Origin: Methanotrichaceae archaeon
GTDB lineage: Archaea > Halobacteriota > Methanosarcinia > Methanotrichales > Methanotrichaceae
Assembly: GCA_963803145.1 (NCBI GenBank)
Contig: CAWDLW010000015.1
Span: 224,001-288,000 of the forward strand
Length of the DNA: 64,000 nucleotides
Reading direction: 5' to 3'
In this document: one piece after another, positions 10,398 to 20,662 of the stretch
How positions within the stretch are numbered: the first letter of the stretch is position 1
Layout: each line of letters begins with the position of its first letter
Position numbers and translations under genes: made by a program
The notes under the pieces: generated by a model
What the model was told of the DNA's origin: nothing
What the model saw: the letters and a program-made list of their open reading frames with translations, nothing else
Database searches by the model: none

Positions 10398-11966
10398 ATG
10401 AGAAAACACAAATCCTTTTTGGCCTTATATGTTTTGATTATTTTAGCATGCGCAATGGGTGCTAACGTTCAAGCACAACCGACGACCAGAGTCGAAATCA
10501 GCGATAATTCTTTTCAGCCGGATATAATTTCTATCCCGGCAGGTACAACCGTGATTTGGACGAATGATGATACTACCGATCACACAGTAACCAGTGATGA
10601 CAGCGCATTCCATTCCGGATATATTGCTCCCGGCGGACATTACAGCCGTCTTTTTGACACTCCGGGGGACTATCCCTATCACTGCAATATTCACCCATTT
10701 ATGCGCTCTATGATTCATGTAGAGCCGAAGCCATCGTCTACATCGGCTAATACGCCGAATGCATATCAAAGCGCCGTTTCCACAGAGGCTACTCAGAACT
10801 CGGCCACGCAATACGCTCAATATCCTCAATACGCTCAGAACTATCAGACGAAGATGATTTCAGGAGCCTCATCATATACTCATATAACAAATCCCAAAGA
10901 ATATGATATCCAAAGCAATCCGCCCGCATATTTATATTTCCGCGATCAAGAACAGGCAGTGCCTTACAACCAGTATCAAACCTATGCCGAGCAGGAAGAA
11001 GGCAACTTCTTATGGGTTCAGGGAACCCCTAGCTGGAGCCAATATGCAACAGCTCCGGAAGGGACCTCAGTATCGCTCATTGCATCCACTCCTACAGGAG
11101 GCAATGGTTATCTGTATGAGACATATCCAGATGGCCATACGATCAAGAACTACTATTACTTCTTCCCATACAGCCAGTTAGGCATTAATTTAGATACAGT
11201 TGGTCAGCACAAACTGTTCTTCTCAAAAGACGATCAAATGAGCAACTCAATAGTTATCGATGTGACAGGATCGAATCAATTATCCAATGTGCAGCCAGAA
11301 TATCAGCAGCCGGGTAATCCTCAGCCAAGCTATGTACAGCAGAATTATCAGCAATCAAATTATCAGCAGTCGAATTACCAGCAGTCGACCTATAATTACG
11401 GATCTCAAGGTTATCAGCAGTCTGAAGGCCAGCAGGAAAGCTATAATCTCCAGCCGAAGCCTCAGGCAAAGGAGACACCTACCGAATATAGCTCATTCTT
11501 GGAAGAATCAATGGTGAGACAGGACAGCAATGGTCGGCTAACCAGCGATGGCATCCAGGGGACTGATTTCGATCTGCAGTCTTCAAATGAGAACATTCTT
11601 ACACGGGGGCTGCTCTATGGCGGCACCTCATACATTCTTGTTGCGAACCCGAATAGTGCTTCATATACGGTCACAGTGAATCCCGGGTTAAGCATCTGGA
11701 ATGTGCAGTGTGCCCAGGTCCAATATGGCAACTTGATGATTGCAAAGGCCAATAATTTGCTTCAAATAACAGTTCCGGCACACCAATCAGGCTTGATAAT
11801 CATCCAGCCGCAGAGAAAGAGATATTCCTTCTCAATCGGACCCAAGCCAGCTTATAGCATCAGTGTAGGACCGAAACCTGCATACAGCTTTAGTGCAGGA
11901 CCCAAACCAGCATATAGCTTTAGAGCTGGTCCAACGCCGCAATACAGTTTCAGAGCCGGATATTAG
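10398..11966 (+). CDS. Secreted cupredoxin (plastocyanin/azurin-like) multidomain protein
   Basis: Signal peptide; WTN..HTVT and YHCNIHPFM type-1 Cu ligands; YQQSN repeats; C-terminal decapeptide repeats. Confidence 0.85.
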   Translation: MRKHKSFLALYVLIILACAMGANVQAQPTTRVEISDNSFQPDIISIPAGTTVIWTNDDTTDHTVTSDDSAFHSGYIAPGGHYSRLFDTPGDYPYHCNIHPFMRSMIHVEPKPSSTSANTPNAYQSAVSTEATQNSATQYAQYPQYAQNYQTKMISGASSYTHITNPKEYDIQSNPPAYLYFRDQEQAVPYNQYQTYAEQEEGNFLWVQGTPSWSQYATAPEGTSVSLIASTPTGGNGYLYETYPDGHTIKNYYYFFPYSQLGINLDTVGQHKLFFSKDDQMSNSIVIDVTGSNQLSNVQPEYQQPGNPQPSYVQQNYQQSNYQQSNYQQSTYNYGSQGYQQSEGQQESYNLQPKPQAKETPTEYSSFLEESMVRQDSNGRLTSDGIQGTDFDLQSSNENILTRGLLYGGTSYILVANPNSASYTVTVNPGLSIWNVQCAQVQYGNLMIAKANNLLQITVPAHQSGLIIIQPQRKRYSFSIGPKPAYSISVGPKPAYSFSAGPKPAYSFRAGPTPQYSFRAGY

Positions 11967-12077
11967 GCGGCTCTCTCTATTTTATATATACATTTGTACA
12001 GAAGCACATGTAATATTTCTTTGAAGGCTCTTTCTGCATGCAAAAACTTTTTCTTAAGGTATATCTATTATTTAGCT

Positions 12078-13007
12078 ATGATGAAACCGATCAGGGAGTG
12101 GTTTGTAGTTGCTTCTTTAACGTTTATTTTGATAATACCTAGTTTGTTATGTATGCCTGCACTAGGGGAAAAAAATACCGCTAGCTACTGGTTTGAAAAA
12201 GGAAATGATTTTTTGGACAATCGATCTTATGAGAATGCGATCCAAGCATATAATAGTGCTATTGATATGAATCCGCAGTTTACGGGAGCATTGGCCGCTA
12301 AAGGCATTGCCCTTGTAGGCCTGGGCAAATATAACGAGGCTATTGAATGCTTTGATAAGGCGACTACGATAGACCCTGACTACGCTGATGCCTGGAATAA
12401 CAAAGGGCTAGCTCTTGCCAAAGGCTTAGGCAAGTACGATGATGCAGTTTCAGCATGCGATAAGGCTATCAACATCAGTCCACAGGATGCTGACTTCTGG
12501 AACGGCAAAGGCGTTGCCCTTATTGGCCTAGGCAAGTACGATGAAGCAGTCCAGGTTTTCGATAGATCAATCGAACTAGATCCATCGGATGCATCTACCT
12601 GGAAGAATAAAGGCAATGCACTTGATAACCTAGGCAGATATGATGAGGCGATCAAAGCCTATGAAAAGGCCCTCAACATCAATCCGCGAGATGCAGAATC
12701 GTATAGCTATGAAGGCATTACTCTCATGCAGGAGGGTAAATACGATGATGCCATTAAGGCATTTGATAAGGCCATAGATATTAACTCGCAATATGCAGAT
12801 GCCTGGTTCAACAAAGGCAACGCTCTTGGCAGCCAGGGCAAATTTAGTGAAGCCGTGAAGGCATTTGATATGGCTATAAAGCTAAATCCAAAATTCGCGG
12901 AAGCTTGGGACAATAAAGGCCAGGCCCTCAAGGATCTTGGAAATAACTCTGAAGCAGATGCAGCCTTCTCGAAAGCTAAGGAGCTGGGGTACAACAGCAA
13001 TGATTAG
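12078..13007 (+). CDS. TPR repeat protein with N-terminal signal/TM
   Basis: About 8 TPRs (AWxNKGxALxxLGxYxEA); track start 11994. Confidence 0.9.
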   Translation: MMKPIREWFVVASLTFILIIPSLLCMPALGEKNTASYWFEKGNDFLDNRSYENAIQAYNSAIDMNPQFTGALAAKGIALVGLGKYNEAIECFDKATTIDPDYADAWNNKGLALAKGLGKYDDAVSACDKAINISPQDADFWNGKGVALIGLGKYDEAVQVFDRSIELDPSDASTWKNKGNALDNLGRYDEAIKAYEKALNINPRDAESYSYEGITLMQEGKYDDAIKAFDKAIDINSQYADAWFNKGNALGSQGKFSEAVKAFDMAIKLNPKFAEAWDNKGQALKDLGNNSEADAAFSKAKELGYNSND

Positions 13008-13045
13008 ACAGTGGTTATAAATAATTTGGAGTTGTAGTAATAATT

Positions 13046-13249
13046 ATGTTCCCTAAAAGAGAACCTGGTCCAGGTCTGCCCAACCTTGGAGATAATCTGA
13101 TCGTCCCCGAACGACCTGAGTTGCCTGAGATAAATCCTCCAATGCCATCTGTGAATCCCTTCAACCCACTCCAGGCATCTCTTGATAGGATCGAGAGAAA
13201 GCTGCAGGAGATTGATAACAGGTTAAAGACAATTGAAAGCAAGCTCTAA
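13046..13249 (+). CDS. Small Pro-rich protein with C-terminal coiled coil
   Basis: 67 aa; heptads LDRIERKLQEIDNRLKTIESKL; GGAG upstream. Confidence 0.55.
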   Translation: MFPKREPGPGLPNLGDNLIVPERPELPEINPPMPSVNPFNPLQASLDRIERKLQEIDNRLKTIESKL

Positions 13250-13783
13250 TCAAGCAGATTCTTGGTAACATCTCAAATAAATCAATATCAATCTGCCTTA
13301 TACCTTCTTAAAGCGTTTTTTCTTGGCCCAGATCTTGTACAGCAACAAAATAAGCTTCGAATTTAGATGGCATCAGTAGATCAAATTCCTGTATATCCTA
13401 GCCAGATGTGCGCGAACCCTATACAGGCAGCTTACTAATCAAACCCTATTTAGGACTGCACTAAGTATATCCTGTCGCCGAATCTGATTTATTCTCCTTT
13501 TAGGCTCGGATCAAACTCAAATTTCTTGTAGAGGTGCAAGATATACTCAATATAAACTTATTTTATCATAATAACATAGTATAAATAATATCATAATAAC
13601 ATGTAAATATATTGCAATGAAATTAATTAAGTTCACCCTGATATGAGGCGCTAGATACGTGTTTATGAATCAGCATTCAGCTGCATAATAGAATGTAATC
13701 TCCTAAAGTGCTTATCGAAGAGACATGTTTTAATCAAAAATCTTTTAATACTGAAAATCAATCCTTAGATAGGAGGGATCCAC

Positions 13784-14062
13784 ATAGCTGATAAGGAGAT
13801 TAGGAACTTTGCCCTCAGGGATGCTCAAGGCAACGAAATAGGCGTTTTTACTGGTAAATCACCTAGGCAGGCAGCATTGAAGGCTGCAAATAGAGGCTAT
13901 ACAGATATAAGGCTCAGAGAGCGAGGCACGAAGAAGGTTCATCTGTTCGAGGGCGAGAGGGTCCAGGTTGATAAGCCCGCGGGCGCACCTGCCTGGATGC
14001 CAGATAAAATCTGGAAGCCAAAGGTGAAGAAGGTAGGCATTGAAAAACTCGCTGAGGTTTGA
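13784..14062 (+). CDS. Non-histone chromosomal protein MC1 (probable ATA start)
   Basis: In-frame RNFALRDAQGNEIGVFTGKSPRQAALKAANRG...RLRERGTKKVHLFEG...PAWMP MC1 signature; GGAGG RBS before ATA 13784; track ORF (13877) is N-truncated. Confidence 0.9.
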   Translation: MADKEIRNFALRDAQGNEIGVFTGKSPRQAALKAANRGYTDIRLRERGTKKVHLFEGERVQVDKPAGAPAWMPDKIWKPKVKKVGIEKLAEV

Positions 14063-14245
14063 GGTCCTATAATTCCTAAGATTGGATATACATATTGAGG
14101 CTAATGGAGCCTTCTTGACCTCAAAACCCTTAGCCTCTTCTCGATTTTCCTGTTATTACAAAATTATGCTTAAGACGTTTTCTTATATTAGAGAACACTA
14201 CAGGCAAAGCAATTAATCATCCGACTATATCTAAGAGATCGTATG

Positions 14246-15286
14246 CTATTGTTTTCTTCTTAGCCACAGCGTGTAAGGGTAAAAAATGACAGAAAGAACT
14301 TTATCCAGGATTCCTCTATTAGATGTATCACATTTTTCGCTATGCTCCTTTCCCCCAGGCGCTTCGCTTACCAACGATGGCGGCATTCGAGTCCCATCCG
14401 GCGCCTTACGCTCAAACGTGACAAACATAGCATCTTTTTTGGGAACCATTCTAGAGCCCATAGTGTTTGCATAAACCCTTGTAAATTCTGCACCTAATAA
14501 CAGTATATTTGCAGAGTAGAAGATCCAGAGCAGCAGGACCATAAGCGATCCAGCGACGCCATAGACGGACGCTATGGAGCTATAGCCTAAATAAAGACTC
14601 ACAAGATACTTGCCTATAGTAAAGAGTATCGATGTTGCGATTGCTCCGACCCAGCTATCCCTCCAAGAAATATCAATATCAGGGACAATCTTGAAGATCA
14701 CAGCGAAGATAAATGTTATCGCCAGAAATGAGACAATGAAGTTAGTAGTTTGCAGTTCTGTGTAACTTCTCATTATGCTTTCAAAGTGTGCATTCAAGAT
14801 AGCCAGACCTGTGCTTATAATCAACGAAATCAGCAGAAGAAAACCCAGCCCAAGAACCAGCAGGAATGAAAAAATACGATCGCGGACGATGCCTATGATG
14901 CCTCGACCCGACCTTGGCTTAACATCCCAGATAGTATTTAACGCATCCTGGAGTTGGCCGAAGATTCCAGTTGCCCCGACGATTAGAGCTGCAATACCAA
15001 TAATTGTTGCAAATGGACCTCCTCCTGATTTGCCTGCATTCTCTATTATGACCTGTATTGCCTGAGCGCTCTGCTCGCCGACAAGACCGCGGATCTGAGC
15101 GACTATATGCCCTTTGGCGGCCTCCTGGCCAAAGGCTATGCCCGCTATGCCTATTACTATCACAAGCAGTGGGGCAAGCGAGAATATGGTATAGTAGGCT
15201 AAGGCCGCAGCGAGCCTTAAGGCATTGTCTTCATTCCAATTTGAGAGCGTATCCCTAAACATTCTCAAGATCAGCTTCAGATCCAC
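14246..15286 (-). CDS. YihY/virulence factor BrkB family membrane protein
   Basis: AAALAYYTIFSLAPLL, YGVAGS..LLLWIFYS..ILLLGAE motifs. Confidence 0.9.
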   Translation of the reverse strand: MDLKLILRMFRDTLSNWNEDNALRLAAALAYYTIFSLAPLLVIVIGIAGIAFGQEAAKGHIVAQIRGLVGEQSAQAIQVIIENAGKSGGGPFATIIGIAALIVGATGIFGQLQDALNTIWDVKPRSGRGIIGIVRDRIFSFLLVLGLGFLLLISLIISTGLAILNAHFESIMRSYTELQTTNFIVSFLAITFIFAVIFKIVPDIDISWRDSWVGAIATSILFTIGKYLVSLYLGYSSIASVYGVAGSLMVLLLWIFYSANILLLGAEFTRVYANTMGSRMVPKKDAMFVTFERKAPDGTRMPPSLVSEAPGGKEHSEKCDTSNRGILDKVLSVIFYPYTLWLRRKQ

Positions 15287-15538
15287 GGTTAAACTCCTCT
15301 GTTAAATGCAGCAGGAAATGTTAGGACATGTTATATAATTTGCCGGGCCACTATAGGCCTCCCAGCTAGACCTCTTAAATAGAGAGGAATTTATGCTCAT
15401 ATGTCCAAATGGACCAAATCTCTATGGAAGGCTTCCAAGCCCGTAGTTTAAAATCAGAAGGGGAAAAGGATATATGGCGGCCCACTGCAGAGGATTTGCA
15501 AAGCAGGGCATATTGTCCAGGAATCGCCTTGCGGAGAC

Positions 15539-16807
15539 ATGCTTATAATGTCAGACCAATGTACGTGTCATAGTCACAATACACATCCATATGAGAGAAC
15601 TCAAGAAAACGATTTCTCTTTCAGCATCATCTGTGAAGAGGATGGAACTCGAGCTAGATCAGGAATAATAAAAACCAGGCACGGTAGCATAGAGACGCCT
15701 TATTTCGTGCCTGTCGCAACCCTGGCCTCAGTTCGCTCCCTTGGATCGGATGATTTGGATGCTCTCGGTGTGCAATGCACACTTGCAAATACATATCATC
15801 TTCACTTGAAGCCGGGAGATGAGGTTGTAAGAAGATTGGGCGGCTTACACAGGTTTATGGGGTTTGGCAGGCCCATCTTTTCAGATTCGGGCGGATTTCA
15901 AGCATTTTCTCTAGGATACGGAAGGGAACATAATTTAAATAAAATTGGAGGCGTATTTCCCAGAGGAAGAAACGCCGATGTGCCTAAGGAGAACCTGACA
16001 AAGATCACAGACGAAGGCATCTCTTTCAAATCCCTTTATGATGGAGCATGGCATTTCTTGAATGCGAAGAGATCCATGGAAATTCAGTCTAACTTAGGCT
16101 CGGATATAATAATGGCCTTCGATGAGTGTACTTCCCCGCTCTCGGACTATAGTTATACTAAAAAGGCAATGGAGCGAACCCATGAGTGGGCAAGATCCTC
16201 TCTGGAATACCACGATAATAGTCAGGCAATTTACGGCATAATTCAGGGCGGCTGGTTCGAGGATTTGAGGGCTGAGAGCACCGAGTTCATCAAGTCGCTT
16301 CCCTTCGACGGCATCGCCATCGGCGGCTCCTTAGGCAACTGCAAGAAGGATATGCATCAGGTTCTGGATTGGGTGATTCCAAAGCTTGACACCAGGCCAA
16401 GACATCTTCTTGGAATAGGCGAGATCGACGATGTCTTCGAGTGCATAGAGCGCGGGATAGATACCTTTGACTGTGTCTCGCCCACAAGGATTGCCAGGAG
16501 AGGAAGCCTGTATATATCCCCAGAATCAGGCGGATGCATTGAGAATAAGTTCAGGATAGATATAAAGGCCAATAGGCATAAAGAGGACTTGAAGCCCATA
16601 GATCCTGCGTGCAGATGTCCCACATGTCTCAGATACTCCAGAGCATATCTGAGGCACCTTTATGCTGCCAAAGAGCTGACTTACTTCCGATTGGCATCCA
16701 TTCATAATCTCTATTTCATGCTCAGGCTTATGGAGATGATAAGGGAGAGCATAAAGCAAGGCACATTTACTGAATTGAAGGATAAATGGCTGAATATAAA
16801 TGTCTGA
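15539..16807 (+). CDS. tgt: Bacterial-type tRNA-guanine(34) transglycosylase
   Basis: NTYHL, DSGGFQ, FDEC, GIIQGG, AIGGSLG, PRHLLG, FDCV.PTR.AR, Zn site CxCxxC..H; no PUA domain. Confidence 0.9.
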   Translation: MLIMSDQCTCHSHNTHPYERTQENDFSFSIICEEDGTRARSGIIKTRHGSIETPYFVPVATLASVRSLGSDDLDALGVQCTLANTYHLHLKPGDEVVRRLGGLHRFMGFGRPIFSDSGGFQAFSLGYGREHNLNKIGGVFPRGRNADVPKENLTKITDEGISFKSLYDGAWHFLNAKRSMEIQSNLGSDIIMAFDECTSPLSDYSYTKKAMERTHEWARSSLEYHDNSQAIYGIIQGGWFEDLRAESTEFIKSLPFDGIAIGGSLGNCKKDMHQVLDWVIPKLDTRPRHLLGIGEIDDVFECIERGIDTFDCVSPTRIARRGSLYISPESGGCIENKFRIDIKANRHKEDLKPIDPACRCPTCLRYSRAYLRHLYAAKELTYFRLASIHNLYFMLRLMEMIRESIKQGTFTELKDKWLNINV

Positions 16808-17609
16808 AAGGTTGAATCGTGAGGATAGTTCAGTTATGGTTGATGAGCCCAAATATAGCAGAGATGAGGCCTACAGCTTAAATGATAAGGTACACAAATT
16901 TCTATACAAATTTGAGCTGGATAAAACTCAAGTTACAATAATCATCTGCGGTCTCTACATATTCTTCTCCTTTGCGGGAAATATTGCAGCAACAAAGGTC
17001 ACATACTTCGGAAATTTTGTAATGGATGCGGGGTTCATTTACTCTCTCACATTCACCTGGAGGGATCTTATACATAAACAGCTGGGAAAGAAGGCTGCTG
17101 TTACTACTATATGGATGAGCGCTATAATAAATCTTATTGCAGCCCTTTACTTTCAGCTTGTGGTTCTCATGCCTGCGCAGTCCGGATGGGCCGATAAGGG
17201 AGGGCAAGCTGCATGGCAATTTCTCTTTGGCATAATTGATACCTCAGGCGGTGTATGGTGGCAGGCCATATTTTCACTCCAGCTTAGAATAGTCATAGGT
17301 TCGATAATAACTATGGTGATTGCAGAGCTTGTGGATACCCAGGTATATCATCAGTGGACCTCGGGAATAGGAAAGGATAAACCCGAGTGGACAAGGGTCT
17401 TCGTCTCCAATGCGTTCTCAATTCCAGTCGATAGCATTCTCTTCCCTTTGATAGCCTTCACAGGGATTGTCGGCGTAGACGCGATGATGCAGATGTTCGG
17501 CACAAATATAATCGTCAAGGTGATAACTACACTTCTGGCCTTCTGGACGATATACCTAGTGCCAGAGAAGCCTATCTATAGGGATGTGGCGAAATCAGTA
17601 GAGAGTTGA
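16800..17609 (+). CDS. yhhQ: Queuosine precursor transporter, VUT/YhhQ family
   Basis: NIAATKV..G.IY.LTF..RDL..K.LG motif, R..SN..S..VDS motif; overlaps tgt by 8 nt. Confidence 0.85.
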   Translation: MSERLNREDSSVMVDEPKYSRDEAYSLNDKVHKFLYKFELDKTQVTIIICGLYIFFSFAGNIAATKVTYFGNFVMDAGFIYSLTFTWRDLIHKQLGKKAAVTTIWMSAIINLIAALYFQLVVLMPAQSGWADKGGQAAWQFLFGIIDTSGGVWWQAIFSLQLRIVIGSIITMVIAELVDTQVYHQWTSGIGKDKPEWTRVFVSNAFSIPVDSILFPLIAFTGIVGVDAMMQMFGTNIIVKVITTLLAFWTIYLVPEKPIYRDVAKSVES

Positions 17610-17739
17610 TGCCAAGGATATGAATATACTTAGGATGCAAGGACTTAATATAGCCAGATATGGCTCGAATAGCCATATCTGGCGTCTTTTCTATTTTGAT
17701 CTAAAACTTTATATTAATAATTCATCGATCACTTTCGTC

Positions 17740-18606
17740 TTAGATGAAGTTCTCCAGAACCCGCCTCAGTCCCGCCTCCCTGTCCACTTTATGCGGCTTG
17801 TATCCGGGAAACATCTCATCGAACCTGGGCATATCCTTTTCATAGAACTTTCCAATGGCCACAGGCGCATCAGAGTTGTAATCCCACGACCTTATTATCT
17901 TGAGTGCTTCATCGAAGTTGCTGGGATCATTGTCCTTAACCTCGTAAATGCGCTTGTTATAGAAGTCATAAAGGTTGTTGTAGGTCACACAAACCTGAAG
18001 AACATCCACGAAGGAGAATCCTTTATGCATTATAGCATCCTTGAGCAATCTCTTGAAATGCTCCATCCTGCCAGGATAAGCCCTAGCTATGAAAGATGCA
18101 CCGCTTGCAAGCATTATCTCCAGAGGATTCATAGGATACTCCTCAGTTCCCTTCGGAGTCGATTTTCCTCTAAAGCCCATAGGAGATGTTGGCGTGTACT
18201 GGCCTGTAGTCAGGCCGTAAACGCGGTTATCATGTAGAACCAATGTCAGATCGATGTTCCTCTTTGCGGCAAATACGAGATGATCCAGGCCCTCTGCCAG
18301 CGAATCGCCATCACCTGAGAAGCATATCACCTTAAGCTCAGGATTCGCTAGCTTAATGGCTGTTGCTGCAGGCAGCGTTCTTCCATGTATCGAATAAAAG
18401 CTGTTTACGTTCAGATAATCTGCAATCTTCGCATGCTGGCCGATTCCAGATACTATGACAACATTCTCCAGTGGAAAGCCTTCATCGCTCATCTCCTTGA
18501 GCAGAGATTTCATTGCATTCAGGATGCCGAAGTTCGCACAGCCGGGGCACCACTGGTTCTTGGCATAGGTTGTTATATCTTTAGGATTCATATCTTTAGA
18601 ACTCAT
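17740..18606 (-). CDS. 2-oxoacid:ferredoxin oxidoreductase beta subunit (TPP-binding)
   Basis: WCPGC, SGIG, HGR, GDGD...N..YGLT.GQ motifs. Confidence 0.92.
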   Translation of the reverse strand: MSSKDMNPKDITTYAKNQWCPGCANFGILNAMKSLLKEMSDEGFPLENVVIVSGIGQHAKIADYLNVNSFYSIHGRTLPAATAIKLANPELKVICFSGDGDSLAEGLDHLVFAAKRNIDLTLVLHDNRVYGLTTGQYTPTSPMGFRGKSTPKGTEEYPMNPLEIMLASGASFIARAYPGRMEHFKRLLKDAIMHKGFSFVDVLQVCVTYNNLYDFYNKRIYEVKDNDPSNFDEALKIIRSWDYNSDAPVAIGKFYEKDMPRFDEMFPGYKPHKVDREAGLRRVLENFI

Positions 18607-20264
18607 GCTGCCACCTTCCCAAGCTCTGCCTCAAGGTCGTCCAATGAGAAAGGCCTGCCGTCATACTTCAGTATTTTATCATCAGTACGGATTCCATATT
18701 GCATGAGGAGCCTTGCAAGCTGACCTGTTGAGTTGCATTCTACGCATATCGTCCTCTCGACAGACCTCAATGCCTCTTTCAGCTTTTTCAAGGGAAATGG
18801 AGATAACACCAATACTTGGATTGCCTTCATGCCGAACTTCTCGGCAGCCTCCATGCAGACTCCTTTGTTTGAGCCCCAGCATAATAATGCCGTCTTTCCC
18901 TCGCCGTAAACCTTTACAGTCTCATAGTTATCCAAATCCTTTGACATGGATATTCCCTTGAGCCTCCGCTTATCTACGAGGTCGCTCGTGATTTTGGGGT
19001 CCTCAGTTGTTATGCCATACTCATCATGGACATAGCTATCTATCTTTATCACCTGATCCTTTGCAGGCGGGAACGCAAGCGGCGAGACGCCCGTATCTGT
19101 ATATTTATATCTATCATACTTGCCCTCGCCATTCCATAGTAGAGGAGCCTCCTCATCCGGTTCGCCCGCCGCTCCGATATCGAAGCTATAAAGCCCTTCG
19201 GATACGATTTTATCAGAGAGTATGAATGCAGGAACCTGGTACTTCCATGCCATGTTCATTGCAACACCCGACCAATAGTATGCATCATCTGCATCCCCAG
19301 GTGAGACAACGAACCGCGGAAACTCGCCCTGGCCGGCGTTGAGTATGAAGTGCAGATCGCTCTGAGCCGTATATGTCGGCAGACCTGTAGATGGACCCGT
19401 TCTTTGTCCCATCATTATTACGACAGGCAGCTCTGCCTGCCCTGCCAGGCTCAGGCCCTCGGTCATTAGACAGAAGCCTCCGCCGGAAGTTCCCACTGCA
19501 GTCTTGACTCCAGCATATGCAAATCCTAAGGCCATGAGCATAACAGCGATCTCGCTTTCAGGATGGATAACCTTGAGACCGAACTCTTCTGCGAGAGCTG
19601 CCATAAACTCGAGAAGGCTTGAAGATGGTGTCATGGGGTATGCTACATATGCATTCAATCCCCCCTTGATAAGTCCGAGTCCAATCGCATGGTTTCCTGT
19701 GAGAACAGGCAAACTTGGCTGGTCCAGCTTTTTTATCTCGACATGTTTCTGGGCAACATCGTATCCTCTTCGGGCTATCCTCAAGTTCTCTTCCAGCTTC
19801 TTGGGTATATGCTTTTTAAGAACCAGCTCAAGTACTCTCCAATCGATTCCCAGAGATTTGCAGAGCCCGCCTATAATGCAGGTGTTGCGCATGACTGAAA
19901 GGCCGCCCTCTTCCTTCAATATTTTCTCAATAGGTAGCGGAAGCATTGTCTGCTTCAGGCCTTCAGGCTTCACTTTCCCTTGATCATATATGATGAGGGC
20001 ATCATCCTTGAGCCTGAATTTATGAATGTTAATCGTATCTTGATTCAAGGCAAGAATTGCATCAACACGATCTTTGTGCACCCCGATCTTATGGCTTGAA
20101 GCTCTTACGATAACGAAATTATGCCCGCCCCTGACAAGGGAAGGGTAGTCATAATACATGTAGACCCTGTATCCAAGCTGGTTGAAAAGACGGCCGATGG
20201 TCAGTCCAGCCTCATTTATGCCGTCTCCGGCTATGCCTCCTACAAGAACAGAAAAATCATTCAT
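18603..20264 (-). CDS. 2-oxoacid:acceptor oxidoreductase alpha subunit (gamma-alpha fusion)
   Basis: GG.AGDGI, AYPMTPSS, ESEIA, TSGGGF.LM.E, R.GPSTGLPT motifs; ATGA overlap with beta. Confidence 0.92.
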   Translation of the reverse strand: MNDFSVLVGGIAGDGINEAGLTIGRLFNQLGYRVYMYYDYPSLVRGGHNFVIVRASSHKIGVHKDRVDAILALNQDTINIHKFRLKDDALIIYDQGKVKPEGLKQTMLPLPIEKILKEEGGLSVMRNTCIIGGLCKSLGIDWRVLELVLKKHIPKKLEENLRIARRGYDVAQKHVEIKKLDQPSLPVLTGNHAIGLGLIKGGLNAYVAYPMTPSSSLLEFMAALAEEFGLKVIHPESEIAVMLMALGFAYAGVKTAVGTSGGGFCLMTEGLSLAGQAELPVVIMMGQRTGPSTGLPTYTAQSDLHFILNAGQGEFPRFVVSPGDADDAYYWSGVAMNMAWKYQVPAFILSDKIVSEGLYSFDIGAAGEPDEEAPLLWNGEGKYDRYKYTDTGVSPLAFPPAKDQVIKIDSYVHDEYGITTEDPKITSDLVDKRRLKGISMSKDLDNYETVKVYGEGKTALLCWGSNKGVCMEAAEKFGMKAIQVLVLSPFPLKKLKEALRSVERTICVECNSTGQLARLLMQYGIRTDDKILKYDGRPFSLDDLEAELGKVAA

Positions 20265-20662
20265 TCAATTTCTCCTTTCTTACGCCATATTTAATTGAAG
20301 TCAGCATTCAATATCTCGATTCCAATACTATATCTCATAATACAGTATAAAGAATTTCCTGTATTCTCAAACGGCAATCACAATTTCTTCCATTGTGCGT
20401 ACTAGCCATCTAGCTATCAATTTATCAATTGTACATTTTACAATATCAATGGAACATTATAGTTTACATCTTTTAAAATTATATTAAGGGTTGTAGGACT
20501 GAAGTAGCTATGACGATTTGCGGGTTTTGCTTCAGATTATCCGAATCTAATCCAACTTACCGTAATAATTATTTAGTCCAGATGATATATACTTATATTT
20601 GACAAGCTGATGTTATAAAATATCGCTTGTCTTGCCGCAGAATTTTAAAAGGAGATTGAAAC

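Noticed and set aside
15340-15400. Possible preQ1 riboswitch upstream of tgt (AGAGGTCTAGCT on the minus strand)
   Set aside because: Wrong strand for tgt, and lacks the closing CCTCT stem and A-rich tail
17620-18237. 205-aa plus-strand ORF
   Set aside because: Antisense to the well-supported oxidoreductase beta subunit
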